Shown here piece by piece: positions 27,800 through 42,380 of a stretch of 64,000 nt of DNA (the first letter of the stretch is position 1; each line of letters starts with the position of its first letter). Origin of the DNA: the human T2T-CHM13v2.0 reference genome, Homo sapiens. The stretch lies in the NCBI RefSeq assembly GCF_009914755.1, contig NC_060926.1, one strand, 5' to 3'. The position numbers were made by a program, and so were the translations under genes. The notes beneath the pieces are model-generated. The model was not told the DNA's origin, searched no databases, and worked only from the letters and a program-made list of their open reading frames with translations.

Positions 27800-29700
27800 T
27801 GATACTCCTCTACTATTTCCCCCGATCTATTTGAGAGCCAGCAAACTGATTTGATAAAACAGTGATAGATTTGTCAGATTAAGATAGTAATTTGCTTCCA
27901 TTAATTTGAGAGGCATCAGTGTCTCACAGTGAGAAGAAATATGGCCACCCTGGTGGGATACATTTAAATTCATTAAATTTTCTGGCTTTCATCTGAGACA
28001 CTGAGACTTTTTCTTCTCAGCCCATAAATCCTTTCAGTTTTTACTTCAAATGGCACCAAACAAGCACTCATCAATTTATATTTTAAATTCTCCTAACAAT
28101 ATCCAGTTGGATAAATCTGTTTAATTAGCAGTGGGTTGATGCTTTCTTGGCCCACTCTACGTCCAGTTACCAAAATAAAAGAAAGGCATGGAAAGCTGCT
28201 GGTTGCAAAAAAACATGCCTCCTACAATGGCAGGGAACAAGAAGAGACATTCTCCCAACACATGTTAACCCAGGGAAAAAATTTGAATATATACAAAAGA
28301 TGAAATTAACAATAGATGAATGGCAAATGAGAAAGCTGCCAGTGACCAGACTTTCTCAGGAGCCAACCTTTAACAATATGGATTATTTCGGATAATTCAT
28401 GGTTTGCCACTCTTTATCCTTTGTCTCCTCTGTAATATCCAGGGCACATCTTAGACAGATAATTAGGGCATTATCATATTCCTTAACTAAGTCGGACAAA
28501 TTGCATTGCGCTTCGTGGAAAACCAACCTAGGGCTCTGTCATTAGCATTGTCTAATTGTTCCAAATAAAGTCTTTGCTTTTTTTTATTGCATCAACTTTA
28601 TTTGTCAATACTCAGGAAAGAGCGGCTGTTCCCTTTCCTGTAGGGTTTCGTGAATATGCTAGTCACTAGGTAATCTTACAGTTAATACAGGCCGCAGCAT
28701 GGTAAAATGTAAGAAAATGTAAAGGTCAAAAACATGTTTCTATTATGAAAAAAATGAATGATAATGACATAATTTTTTCAGCTCATCAGGCTCTTTGCTA
28801 AGTGCTGCTGTTATTGCCAGATCAGTAGTGTATAACAAAGAAGTGCTTTCTGCAGCCTGCTTCATTAGTCTGCCCTGTAGGACCTCACCTCCAGACCTTT
28901 CACTAATCTGTTGGCGCGCTCAATAGTCTTGTTAGTTCTATTCACTTCTTCCTGACAGCGGATTTTCTCAGCTGTAGCCCTCCCAGAGGCCGTGGTTAAA
29001 GCAGCCAGGTTTGTGTCTAGTTCCTTTAAATAAAAACAGTGAGAGACAACTTTGGACATTGTCGGAACAAGTAAAAATATCGCCGCAGACTTATTTTATA
29101 TTGCAGAAACTTAAATTATACAGTATGCCCAGAAGTAAACACAATTGCGTTCAGGAGACTGTGCCAATTCACACAATGAGAAGGTGCAGTAGGGAAAATG
29201 TGAAGAAAAGGATATTCGACAGTTTATGTAATTTTTGTTGTTTGTTCAAAACAGCACCGAGGTGGGAAAAAGAACATACAGACAAATTCAAAATCCTAGG
29301 GGGAAATGGAGAATGTCATTTTCCCAGACAAATTACCTGAAGTCATGAAGATTTAATACAATTGATTTTTATGTACCATTAGTGCCAATAACACACTTAA
29401 TACAAAGTGTCCCAAAACATTTTGCATTGAGAGCTGCCGCCAAAATGAAATGTAGGGGAAGCTTTTAAGGTGAGATTTGAAGAGCTGCGGCATATTGGTG
29501 TATTGACTGCTCAGAGGGAGGGAGCCAGGGCTGGGGAGCTGGGGCAGCGTGTGGCAGCAGAACTTCCTGCTGGGGGTGTGATGGGGAAAGGGGGCCAAGG
29601 AGATGGGGCTCTAATTGAGCCAGTTGCAATGGCGGTGGAGCTCACCAGGGATAAGTGGAAAGAATGGGTAGGGAAATGAAGGTTGTGAGTGTACATGTGT
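27800..29700. promoter_or_regulatory. Candidate conserved non-coding/enhancer block overlapping the dynein exon relic
   Basis: No recognisable repeat over ~2 kb, about 20 CpGs in 28380-29640 despite moderate GC, many TAAT/ATTA and ACAAT motifs. Confidence 0.4.
28889..29023 (-). pseudogene. Fossil exon of an unprocessed axonemal dynein heavy chain gene (DNAH11-like, stalk coiled-coil CC2 region)
   Basis: Minus strand: acceptor tgtttttatttaaag|GAA, 45 uninterrupted codons [45 protein letters not shown], donor GAG|gtgagg (phase 0-0). Aligns ungapped to recalled DNAH11 [45 protein letters not shown] (about 31/45 identical), so it is a paralogue and not DNAH11 itself. Confidence 0.9.
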
Positions 29701-29786
29701 TCAAGAGAGTTGGCTGTTTCTTTGGTAGAGGGGGATGGTGAGAAGAGGAAGAATTGGAAAAGAAAAGCCGTGTTTAGGAAGAATCA

Positions 29787-30112
<326 letters not shown>

Positions 30113-30431
30113 AAAAGAACATTTCTTTTTCCTTGTGTGCTTGTTTCTAACTTGCTGCTCTCTTTCAACAAATCATCTGCTCATTTAACATTTGTAAAGA
30201 ACTTCTATGAAGAAAGGAAACTGTTTATGCTCACACAGCATATTGGGAAGGCATTTGTAGACACAGCATTATGTATAATTTTGCTCATGATATTTTAATG
30301 AAAAACATTTAACACTGAAAATAATAGTAAAAATGATGATAACTCTCCCCAGATATGCAACTTAATATGAGCATCTCAAAGTCCCTTTGGGGACTACTGA
30401 GCTGTCATAATAGATAAAACAGACTGTTTTT

Positions 30432-30735
30432 ATTATTTATTTATTATTTTTTGAGATGGGGTCTCACTGGGTCACCCAGGCTGGAGTACAGTGGCAAAAT
30501 CTCAGCTCGTCACAGCCTCAACCTCCCAGGCTCAAGCGATCCTCCCACCTCAGCCTCCAGAGTAGCTGAGACTACAGGCACATGCCACCATGCCTGGCTA
30601 ATTCTTTCATTTCTTATAGAGATGAATCCTTCCTATGTTACCCAGGCTAGTCTCAAACTCCCGGGCTCAAGCGATCCTCCTGCCTTGGCCTCCCAAAGTG
30701 CTGGGATTACAGGTGTGAGGCACCACACCTGGGCC
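30432..30735 (-). mobile_element. AluJ
   Basis: Full dimer; TSD cagactgtttt / cagtctgtttt. Confidence 0.93.
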
Positions 30736-31171
30736 CCATCAGTCTGTTTTATATCTAGGGAAACTGAGGCCAAGTACCTGATAGGAAATGGGAAATAATT
30801 GCTTACGGAACTGAGGAAAGAAATTAAGTCAGTATTCCTTGGGCGTGTGGAATTATTTTTTAGGCTGGCCCTGATCTAGCCACCACTTAAAATTCCTCAA
30901 GCAGTTAACAAGTCCCCCTCCAACCCTCCGCCATTTCTACACCCCTCCCTTCTCCCCAGACAGCTGGCTCTTAGTTGTGCCCCCACAGAACTGAGCTAGA
31001 CCATTAAAACAAATTAGGATGAAGGACCAGATACTGCAAAGTCTATCTAATATGTCTTCAAACTGCACTGATGGCAGCACATCTGGCAAGGTGGGCAATC
31101 TTTCACCAAGAAGAACATCCTTCTCCTTCTAGAACCTTCTGATTAAACAATCTATTAGACAAATAGGCTGC

Positions 31172-31649
31172 TGTATTCCTCTGCAAGGCTGCCATAACAA
31201 AGTACCACAAACTGGGCAGCTTCAACAGCAGAGACCTAATTGTCTCACGGTTCTGGAAGGTTAGAAGTCCAAGATCAAGGTGTTGGCAGAGCTGGTTCCT
31301 TTTGAGGCCCGTGAGGGAAGATCTGCTCCAGGCCTCTTCCGAGCTGCTGGGGGTTTGCTGACAAGCATTGCTGTTCCTTGACTTGTAGAAGCATCACCCT
31401 GACCTCTGCCTTCGTCTTCACGAGGCGTTCTCCTTAGAGAGACAGTGCACGTGTCTGTCTCAAAACTCCCCCTTTTCATAAGGACACCAGTCATATCGGA
31501 TCAGGGCTCATCCCAAGGACCTCATTTCAACTTCTGCTAAAATGTAAAAGTCTATATAAACCCTATCTACAAATACTGTTACATTTTGAGGTACTACAGG
31601 TTAGGACTTCAACACAGAATTTTGAGGGAACATAATTCAACCCCTAACA
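31172..31649 (-). mobile_element. MLT1C-like solo LTR
   Basis: TG...CA termini; near-perfect 5-bp TSD gctgc/gctac. Confidence 0.88.
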
Positions 31650-32030
31650 GCTACCAAGAGCTGGACACAGTGCTATAAACCTGAAGGGGAGGATGGTAAA
31701 AAGATGGATAAGTTGGCCCCTGACCTCACACCCTCACAATTCAGTGAAGGGGTGGGTTGATGTGTACATGAGGGAAAAGAATATCAGTATCAAGGGATTC
31801 ATGGCTCACTGGGGCCCTACTGAGCCCGAGGGACCGAGAAGCCCAGATAATTTCTTCCTGGGAAGAGGGGAGGAGAGTGTAGTGAGCCAGGCTTTTATTT
31901 CAATCCTCCCTGGAATAATGGACCTGAAGGGACAGTGGTCCCCATTCCTCTTGGAATTAGTTGCAGTGGGTGTCCTGCCAGAGAACGGGGGCTTCAATTC
32001 TTACTGCCTCACTGTCAGCCAGTGGGGGTG

Positions 32031-32432
32031 TGTATTCATCTGTTCTTGCATTGCTGTAAACAAATACTTAAGACTGGGTAATTTATAAAGAAAAGAGGTT
32101 TAGGTGGCTCACGGTTCTGCAGGCTGTACAGGAGGCATGTTGGTTTCTGGGGAGGCCATGAGAAACTTTCAATCATGGCAGAAGGCAAAGGAGAAGCAGG
32201 CACATCTTACGCGGCCAGAGGAAGAGGTGTGGGGAGAGAGGTGCCGTATACTTTTTAACAACCGGATCTCATGAGAACTCACTCACTAGACAGTACCAAG
32301 GGGAGATGGTGCTAAACCATTACGAAGGATCCACCCTGTGATCCAGTCACCTCCCATCAGGCCTCACTTCCAGCACTGGGGATTACAATCGAACATGAGA
32401 TTTGGGTGGGGACCCAGATCCAAACCTTACCA
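32031..32432 (-). mobile_element. MSTA/MSTB solo LTR
   Basis: tgtatt...gactgggtaatttataaagaaaagagg...cagatccaaaccttacca; perfect TSD gggtg. Confidence 0.92.
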
Positions 32433-32483
32433 GGGTGACACCTCGTTTGGCAACTAAGGCGGGCCAGTGTGCAGGGCACCTGA

Positions 32484-33030
<547 letters not shown>

Positions 33031-33399
33031 TGGCCCAGATGTTTCTTCAACTGTCTTCCTAGTCTCTAACCGAAGTCCTTCCTGCTGGGCCATTCCCTCC
33101 TACCCTCTCCTCGGTGGGAACGGAGAAGAGCAGGGAACTCGCTGGAACTGCAGGATGCTCTGGAGACGAACCTCTTTACTGACTGTTACCAAATTTCAAA
33201 GATTTTTGTTCAAAAATTATTTGGAAGATTATTTGAGTTTATTTTGGAGGGAAAGGGAAAAGGTGGGAATGGAAAAGAGAAAGGAAAGAAAGAACACAGG
33301 AATTCAGGAATGTAAGGGGGTGGGATGGCCACAGAAGAGAGGGGAGGGGGAGGGCTTGTGCAAGAGCCGCTGAAATCTGAAATCCCTTTCTAGACTTTC

Positions 33400-33996
33400 G
33401 CTATTCTTTTCTCATTCAAATCCGTTCCTCACACCAGCGATCGGGATTACACTACCAAAACACAGGCCATTCCTCCAGCCAGCCCTCTTCCACCTTCCCT
33501 GTCCTCTCTGGGAGAGCGCGGACGCCTTGGCTGGCCACCCTGGGACCTCTGCGGGCTGGCTCCTGTCTACCCCTCCAGCTTCACTCCCCTTCTTTCCTGC
33601 CCTGCCTCTACCCCTGCTTCGCAGAATTACTTTCCATACCGAACCTAAGTCATGCTAGTTCACACCCGAGAATCTTGCAAATGCCGTTTTCTCTATTTAA
33701 CTTTCCAGGCTTCCAAAGTATCTCCTCATTTGAGTATGCCACCTCCTTTGCAAAAGCTTCCCGGAACCCCAGGCAGAGGTCGTCCCATCTCCACCCTCTG
33801 CTGAGTGGTACAGCCTTGTTGCTCATCAGTACAGTACAAACAGCATTATGCTGTCATGACATGCTTCTCCCCCGTCTTCCCCGTGGGACTCCTGTGGGAG
33901 GGAAGCTTTGTCTTAGGCATCTTGGAGGCCCCTGTGCTCAGCACCAGGCCTGGCCACGTAGCAGATGCAGAGTAAACTTCTGCTGAGTGAATGAAT
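33400..33996 (+). mobile_element. L2 fragments
   Basis: Ends cagcaccaggcctggccacgtagcagatgc...gagtgaatgaat. Confidence 0.55.
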
Positions 33997-34448
33997 ATTT
34001 GCAAGGCTTAGAAGAGAGACAGAAAGAAAGAAAAAAGGGAGAGATAAGGCAGAAAGACTAGGTGAGGGGAAGGGAAAGACAGGTGAGGAAGAGCAGGAGC
34101 TTCTGATTCTCTACTCTGAGCGTCCGCCCTCCCCCCATTCCCACTCACTGAATAACTGTGGCCCTCAGGGTTAGCCGTGAGGCACCCCTCTGGGAAGGGG
34201 GGATATGGACACGTAGGATGTAGTGTCCGTGGTCAAGGGCCCCCCAGTCTGGGTAGTATTGCAGGGGTGGCGTGAGGAGGAGGTGATGAGTAAGAGGGCA
34301 ACCAATGAGCAAATCAGTGTTTACTGACAGTCACATGGGGAGAGAGGCAGAGGGTGCAAACACCAAGCCTGCAGGAGTGGAGGATTTTGATAATTGAACA
34401 GGTTTGTTGACCAAGGGTAACGAGTGGAAAGCAAAGAAACAACAGTGG

Positions 34449-34727
34449 GGCTGGGTGCGGTGGCTCACGCCTGTAATCCCAGCACTTTGGGAGGCCGAGG
34501 CACAGGAGATCGAGACCATCCTGGCTAACACGGTGAAATCCCGTCTCCACTAAAAATACAAAAATTAGCCGGGCGTGGTGGCGGGCGCCTGTAGTCCCAG
34601 CTACTCAGGAGGCTGAGGCAGGAGAATGGCGTGAACCCGGTAGGCGGAGCTTGCAGTGAGCCAAGATTGTGCCACTGCACTCCAGCCTGGGCGACAGACG
34701 GAGACTCCGTCTCAACAACAACAAAAA
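34449..34727 (+). mobile_element. AluY with left-arm deletion
   Basis: AluY diagnostics ggctaacacggtg, gaatggcgtgaacccgg, ggagcttgcag; TSD aaagaaacaacagtgg. Confidence 0.93.
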
Positions 34728-34741
34728 AAGAAACAACAGTG

Positions 34742-34839
34742 GGCCAGGCGCGGTGGCTCATACCTGAAATCTCAGCACTTCAGGGGGCTGAGGCGAGACA
34801 ATGTGTTGAGACCCCCATCTCCACAAAAAATAAAAAAAG
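34742..34839 (+). mobile_element. Internally deleted Alu monomer (FLAM-like)
   Basis: ggccaggcgcggtggctca...gagacccccatctccacaaaaaa. Confidence 0.85.
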
Positions 34840-36558
34840 AAGAAACAATAGTAACTGTTAATGTTTTTTAAATTTTATTTTAATTAAGAGTGCCAGAATT
34901 CTAGTAACTATTCATGTTTGATTTGTAGAGGAAAGTCTTTTAAAATAAGTATTTTAACATTTTTTTCCCACATCTGAAACTAACAGAACTTGCAGAGTGT
35001 TTCTTGAGATCTAAATTTTCTGATTCTTTCTAGAATATTTATAAAGATATTTGAGGTATTTGAGATTGGCCAAGAAATATAGGATTTAGCCCCATGAGCA
35101 ATTTCCTAAGGTTGGATATTGTTCATTTTATAGGTTATAAACCTTTTACAGAAAGGTTTATAATTTTATTTTGGAAAATCACTTTCTCTTGTTTTTCATC
35201 CTCCTCGATTCATTTGGGTTTTTGTAAGTGAAGCAAAGGAAGAGCGAGAAAGAGGATCATTTTGAATCCTGTCTTCTACCCTCATTTACGCCCAGGGTCT
35301 GTGTCCCCCCGGGAGAGTTGAACTCTGGTGGCAGAGATGCCCACACTCCCGGTAAAGGCAGCAGCAGCAGCTTTCCCAGCATAGAGAGTAGCGCCGTGAG
35401 CCCACATCACACTGCAGTTTCTTTAGAAGGATTGGAGATTTCAAGCTGGCATGATTTGCTTTTAGGCCCTCTTTTTTGAGTCTGTTTCGTGTAACTATAG
35501 ACTTTTTTGACACTCTGAAAAAAACTGTGCTAAACAGATAAAAGATAATGCCATTATTCCCCCATTTTTCCATGTGGCTGATAACAAGACCTACCCCTTC
35601 CCTTACAGGATGTGCATATCAATGTGATTAATATGAAAAAAAATTAAGAGTCTAAGCCCCTTTCTTTTCCAGCCCCCCCTCTCTTTTTTTTCCTTCCTTC
35701 TTTCTTTCCTTTTTTTTCTTTCTTTTTCAAAGCATTGCCCTTTTCAAAACAAGGGGAGATTCAGTATCGTTCCCGTGCCACAGTGATCCAGTGGTGTCAC
35801 ATCACTATGGCAATTGCTGCCCAGGGCAGGAATGCAGAGCAGCTGTAATTGTGCAACGCCTTATTGCTGGTGCATGTCAATCAGAACCTATGAATTGAGA
35901 AAAATTTGCTCTGTTCATTCTGTTAAATGATGTATCCAATTAAACCTGTTAGAATTCATGATCTTCAGTCAAGGTTAAATGAAAGTAGTTACTCCTGTCA
36001 GCTAGGTGATTAAATGCTGCCTACATCAGGCACATTTATGTGCAAAATTAAAATTTTGGTATAAAGCATGAATCTTTATGCATGCCAGTTAATTATCTTG
36101 CGGTTCCTCCAGTTATTAAATGCCCACTGCATTTCTTCTTAATCATCAGCTTCCTTTCAAAACTTATTTCATACTTCACATTACACCAGATTTCAATGTT
36201 TAAATGAAATGCCTTACCAATGAAAACTTCCTCTTTTTGAGGGCTTGGCTGTACTATGCTACTGAAAATAATCACGATGAACATTTTCTCATTATTATAT
36301 ACAAGTATTTCTAGAAGACAGGTTGACTAATGCCAAGATATTTTGAAAGTGATTCTGTTCAGGCTGGACCAAGGCTTGGTTTTGACCTGGGATTCAGCTT
36401 CCTGCATGCCCCTTTACTTCACCACTGCAGGTGGCCACTGCGTGGTGACTTGCGCTGATTGTAAGGCATTGCTTCTTTTTCCTCTCTCATGTACTTTGAG
36501 TACATACAAAATGAATTCATATGTAATAACAAAATGATTTACATCCAAAATACATTAG

Positions 36559-36846
36559 GGCTGGGTGCAGTGGCTCACGCCTGTAATCTCAGAACTTTGA
36601 GAGGCTGATGTGGGAGGATCACTTGAGGCCTGGAGTCCAACCAGCCTGGGCAACATAGTGAGACCCCGCCATCTCTCCAGAAAATTTTTAAAAAATTGGC
36701 CAGGTGTGATGATGTGCACCTATAGTCCCAGCTACTTGGGAGGCCGAGGCAGGAGCCCAGGAGGTCAAGTCTGTAGTGAACCAAGATAGCACCACTGCAT
36801 TCCAGCCTGAGTGACAGAGCAAGACCTTGTCTCTAAAATAAATATA
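36559..36846 (+). mobile_element. AluJ
   Basis: TSD caaaatacattag. Confidence 0.93.
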
Positions 36847-38906
36847 CAAAATACATTAGAAATAGATAGGGGAAAAGACTTCTTTTCTAAAAAATAAGAC
36901 AAAGACCCGATCATTCAAGTCTCAGGCATACACAAATGTTGCTTCTTCTATTGGGTATAAAAATGAATGAAAACTACAAAGTAGAAATGACATGATTCCA
37001 TAGTACCCATGGTTCCCAAATGCTGCATTATCAGAGCAGTAAGATGTCATGAAACACTCCATCAAATACTTCTCTTAGAAGCATTTCACACTACGAAATC
37101 CACCTTTTTTTGACCTTTTATTTATTTTTACTAAGAAAAACTCAATAATAGTTGCATATAATTAAAAATTTTGCAACACGATTTCCCATACTGATGTTAT
37201 TATTCCAGACATTTATTTCTTTCTGTATGAGGCAGATGATAAGCTTATACATTTTCAAATGTAAAAATAAATTCCTACTATTTAATTGATTTATAATACA
37301 TAATACCAATGGAGCCAATGTAACTGAAATTAATTTCCTTTTTGTTTAATTTTCTGTGTCATGTTTAATAGTTTCACAATCTTTTATAACCACAAAGCAT
37401 TCATGAACCACAAGGAAAATACCTTTAAAGATGAGAGGTTTAAGTCCTCCATTTAGTTATTGCAAATATTTAAATAAAAATACTTCCCACACTAGAAAGT
37501 TATGAAATATTCCTCTTAAATGAACTTGGAAGGGACTGATTTCCATGAAAATGAAAATAAATTTATCAACAAATGAAATGGAAGAAATGTTTTTCGCTGA
37601 ATAATATTAATGAATTAGCCAGTGGTTGGTGACACTGAGCAGCCGCCTATAAGAAAATGTGTTAGAAATTAATCTTCACTGCAAATATGCCCTCAGACAC
37701 ACCCTGTGTCAATAAGGATGTCCTATTATCCTTCCTGATTTTATAGCTCTCGATAATACATACTAATATTCAAATGTCGACATTAAAAAAAAATGGAACT
37801 CTAACACCAAGGGGTTCAAGAAATGATGAAACTTGAGCTCAAGTGAATATACATCCTTTCATTTGTTGCAAAGACCAGACTTATGTGGGTGGGTGGGTGA
37901 CTCTCATCCTGGGGAGGGAGTGGGGCTGTCTGTGTGGCAAAGGTGATTCAGGGAGTCTTAGGGGGCAAGACTACCTCAGAGCCCTCCAGTGACTGTAACC
38001 CTTATCCCAGCCCCAAGAGAGGTGCAGGGTGTAGGTGGCTCCTCAGCTTGTTAATGCTCTTTGCTTCTGATACTAGTGTCCTCTCCTTACTTGCTCCTCA
38101 ATTGTTACTGCTTGGATCCCTCAGTTCTTCCCCATGGAATCCACCCCAGGTCAGATCTCAGCTCTATTCAGAGCTGAGGTAGGATAGAACATTAGAATTG
38201 GAATGAGGGTTGAACTGGGCAGGTGGTCCTGGAGACATCCACTTTTAAGGACTTTTTAAACAGAGTAGAAATGGAAGGGATGGAGTAAATTGTATTTAGG
38301 ATGCATTTCAGGGAGAATAATGTGTCCTGCTGGAAGGAATCTGTTGATGTACCCTTTAGGGTGGGGGAAAGGTTTGGAGAACTCTCTGGTGCGAAGAGCA
38401 TGCTTGAGGTAACCACAAGTGGTGAACAAAGTGCCCCCAAGAAGGGGAGGTCAGCTAAGTTCAAGGCTTTGGTGTTATGCAAAGGACTGTCACAGTGTCC
38501 TCTTATGCGCTTCTCCTATGCAGCCCTCTCTTTTTTTCACTATATGAATGCTGAGTGATTCTTTAAAGGATATTGACTTAAAGTGGTCCCAAGTCATGAC
38601 CCGGGAAGCCCACATGTCTCATTCTGGCTCTTAGGAGGTGGGTTAGGTGGAGTTCTGGCAAAGAGAGGTGTAAGCTGGAGCTCCCCTGAGTTCTGTCTGG
38701 GCTGAGAGGCCAGGGGAGCGGATACACACCACTGTTGGACAAAAACAGTGTGCGGGGTGACACCAGCGGCTAGTGAAGAGCAGAGTGAGCAGATACCTCT
38801 TTAAGTTAATTCTTATAAACTGGCCTTTTTTTTTGTGTCACCATATGTGTATATTATGGATTAGATGTCAGAAAAGCAGTATCTTTCCTGAGAGATTCTT
38901 TTCTCC

Positions 38907-38980
<74 letters not shown>
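38907..38980. repeat. (CTTT)n microsatellite
   Basis: About 18 perfect units. Confidence 0.95.
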
Positions 38981-39007
38981 AAAAATCATTTAGAAACAGG
39001 AACAATT

Positions 39008-39216
39008 TTCTGTTCAAATGGTTGCTGTCCCTAAGTGGCTTAAAAACTCCCAGTGGGAAGGACAACAGCCTCTCTGAGGCAGAGTGGCCTCTGTCTGTGA
39101 GAAATATTCACCTACGGGTATGCTTTTCTGGCTTGCTTTATCGCTGGCTTTGCAACTTGGAGATGTAACGTAGCTTGAAATCAACTGTGTGTTTAGCCCT
39201 GCTTTGGTCAGCCTAC
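39008..39216 (-). pseudogene. Heavily decayed dynein heavy chain exon (stalk CC1)
   Basis: ctag|GTA GGC, then with frameshifts VG..KAGLNTQ..LR..ISKLQSQ.DKASQKSI..QTEATLPQRGC...LGTAT..LNR vs recalled DNAH11 VGDLKARLASQ..LR..ITKIGLQTEKVSREKTI..QTEVFQKQREC...LVAAT..LNR. Correct order relative to the other exons. Confidence 0.5.
39017..39185 (+). repeat. Unique-sequence direct duplication, copy A (copy B at 42211-42380)
   Basis: Manual alignment: 5 substitutions + 1 indel over ~170 bp. Confidence 0.95.
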
Positions 39217-40193
39217 CTAGTGACAGATTGGGCTGTTTTGTAGCCCTGCTGCTTTCCCGGGTCACACAATGCCATGGCAAGTAGAAGGACTGGGTCCGAT
39301 TTAATCAAAGGCTTTTGATTGTACAAAGCTTAGAGCCTCGTTCCAACAGAGAAGCCTCTTCTGGGACAGGGGAAGAAAGGGCTCGGTGTGTAGCACATAC
39401 ACACTAGTTTAAAGCTCCATGCAGAGAGATTGATTCACCTAAATCTGCCTGGCAGCAACATCAGCAGACCACCACTGCTGCACATGGGTCACCCTGGGAA
39501 TGGCAGGAAGCCAGAGGAGGGCCACCACTTCCTTTCAGGGAGCAGCTGTCCGGACAGCATGGTCTGTGGCTCTCACGATCTCACACTGCCGCCATCAGGC
39601 TAGTTAACTTCCAGGTGAGGGTGAATTAAACAAGAACAGGTAGTATCACACCTCGGAGCTGGTACACAGGCTGGCGCACCCTTTTGCACTGTGAGTCAGG
39701 AGGGGAACAACTTCAAAGGCACACACTGGTAGCAGGGAGATCTGTGTTTCTAGCCTGACAGCCTCCTGACCTGAGGTCAGAAAGGAGAGTCAACCAATAG
39801 GTGCCTGCCCCTCCACCCCACTTTTTGTTTTTGCTTAAAATAGAGATAAAAATAATTTCCAGTTTTCAGTCCCTTGGGGTGTACATCAGATGGCTTATAT
39901 AATGCCTATAAAATAAAAACACTAAGACTCTCATTGCCTTTATTGATGTGCTGTGAATAATTTTCCAGCGAATGAGAAGTTTACGTTGAACGTTAAGTAA
40001 AGAAGAAAAAAGCAAAGTCCACCTAAAACAAAGCAGACACTGTAAAATGGACAGCTAGCAACTTTCCCTGGTGGTCTTTGATTCATCTCATGAACTCATG
40101 GTAACCTGCGATGGTATATGTGTGGGGTTATATGGCTTTATGGGCAGACAATCAGTTATTTTAAGACAAGAGGTGCTCAATCTTTATTTATGA

Positions 40194-40676
<483 letters not shown>

Positions 40677-41452
40677 CCCAAATTGCATTTAAACTCAAGA
40701 AAATTACAGTAGATCACTACAGTTTCTTGATGTACTTTCTAAAGGGTTTTCTGTCACTTCGGCCAGGCATGACCTGGTGTAGGGGAGTAGTTCATATTCT
40801 TTCTGTAGGTTTGAACAAACATCAGCATTGGGAAACTGGAAAACAAATTGAATACGGAAGTAAAGGCAGAAGGCTGTTTTAAGGAGAAGAAGCCAGTGCA
40901 CTGGGACGGCTAATAAACACAAGAAAGGACAAAGAATCCACTTCCTGGCTGTTTTCTAGACTAGAAGAGCTCAGCGACACACTCAATTAAAGATCCGGTT
41001 GCTGCTTTCCCTGCGGCACTGTGACAGGGATAACAGAACAGCGTTGTCCCCTGCAGTTTTCTCACACCTATTTATGCCGTTAGGTAGGAGGCGGTTTTTT
41101 GGCCCTAGGAAGTGATGGGGTGGGGGTGAAGGTTTCATGAAGATCTAAGCTGGGGTTCATGTATGAGACAGGAACTATTTGGTAGAATACACGATAGGGT
41201 AGAAGCAGCCTCTCTGCTACCAACTGTATTCCCCCAAGAGTTAAAGAAGATCAAAATAGTTAGAAGTTAGTGACCGTCTCTCCCACAGGGGTTCTACGCT
41301 GTGCCTGTGTCCCGTACACGCAGGTGACAGACCCTTAGGTAAGTTAGCAGCTCTACTTGCCTGGCCTGCAAGGCAGTGCGGAGCTGGGAGTGTAGCCACG
41401 GTGGCCTCTTACTCCTGTGCTGCTTGCGGGCAGCTGGGGCTGAGGCCACCTC

Positions 41453-41576
41453 CCGGAGCATTTTCAGGCCCTGAGAGGACACAGAGGCCTGAAACCTTTT
41501 CCTGCGTGGCCTGCAGCAGTTTAGACCTGTGTCAAGAGCTGTCAGAACTGGGATGTCTTACAACTGGTGTAGGGGA
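41453..41576 (+). repeat. Donor of the inverted copy at 44802-44928
   Basis: Reverse complement matches 44802-44928 (8 substitutions over a 109-bp core). Confidence 0.92.
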
Positions 41577-42210
41577 AGGCAGTCACAGGTACAGGCTGAG
41601 TGCCATGGCTGGAGGCCAGATGGGAACATCACCATGCTGGTGGGTACCAGCAAGAAGAGATGAGGATAGCAAAGAATCAGGCAGGATCCCTACAATTCTG
41701 AAGATGCCCGGTGGACAGATGGAGGCTGAGGACCCGAGGCCTCCCCCGACGGGAGGGAGCATAGATGACATGCCTCCTCTGGGTGAAGGGGAGACTCTAA
41801 CTTTGACCAAATTTACCATGAATCCATTAGGCAAGCTCTGATCTGACTATGTTTCTATGAATTGAAAAACATTTTCCTTTAGAGGACAGAAGGAAGATTT
41901 GAGTTTCTATTGAGACAGATACTCAGTTCAGTTGCAGAAAAGTAAAGAGAGTTACAGTTTCTGAAAACCTGAGTGTGGAGTAAGAAATATTAAGAAATAT
42001 CATACCCATTTCAACACCAATTCAATACTGAATTTTAAACAGATATTTGGAGTAGAAGAGACACAGCCAAATGCTTGAATTTCATTTGAAAACCTTTAAG
42101 ATACATGATTAGCATAGCCTCACAATTGTAATCTGTGTGAGGCTGAATTTATCTCATTTTCCTTTGAACCCTAAATTTAAAAAATTTATTTATTGGTTAA
42201 AATGCCTATT

Positions 42211-42380
42211 AATGGTTGCTGTCCCTAAGTGGTTTCAAAACTCCCAGTGGGAAGGACAACAGCCCTCTCAGAGGCAGAGTGGCCTCTCTCTGTGAGAAAT
42301 ATTCACCTACAGGTATGCTTTTCTGGCTTGCTTTATCGCTGGCTTTGCAACTTGGAGATGTAACGTAGCTTGAAATCAAC
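42211..42380 (+). repeat. Unique-sequence direct duplication, copy B
   Basis: Near-identical to 39017-39185. Confidence 0.95.

Noticed and set aside
37887-37925. G-quadruplex-capable GGG tracts
   Set aside because: Common motif with no supporting context.
39545-39558. 14-bp palindrome GCTGTCCGGACAGC (REST half-sites)
   Set aside because: Not a canonical RE1 arrangement; expected occasionally by chance.
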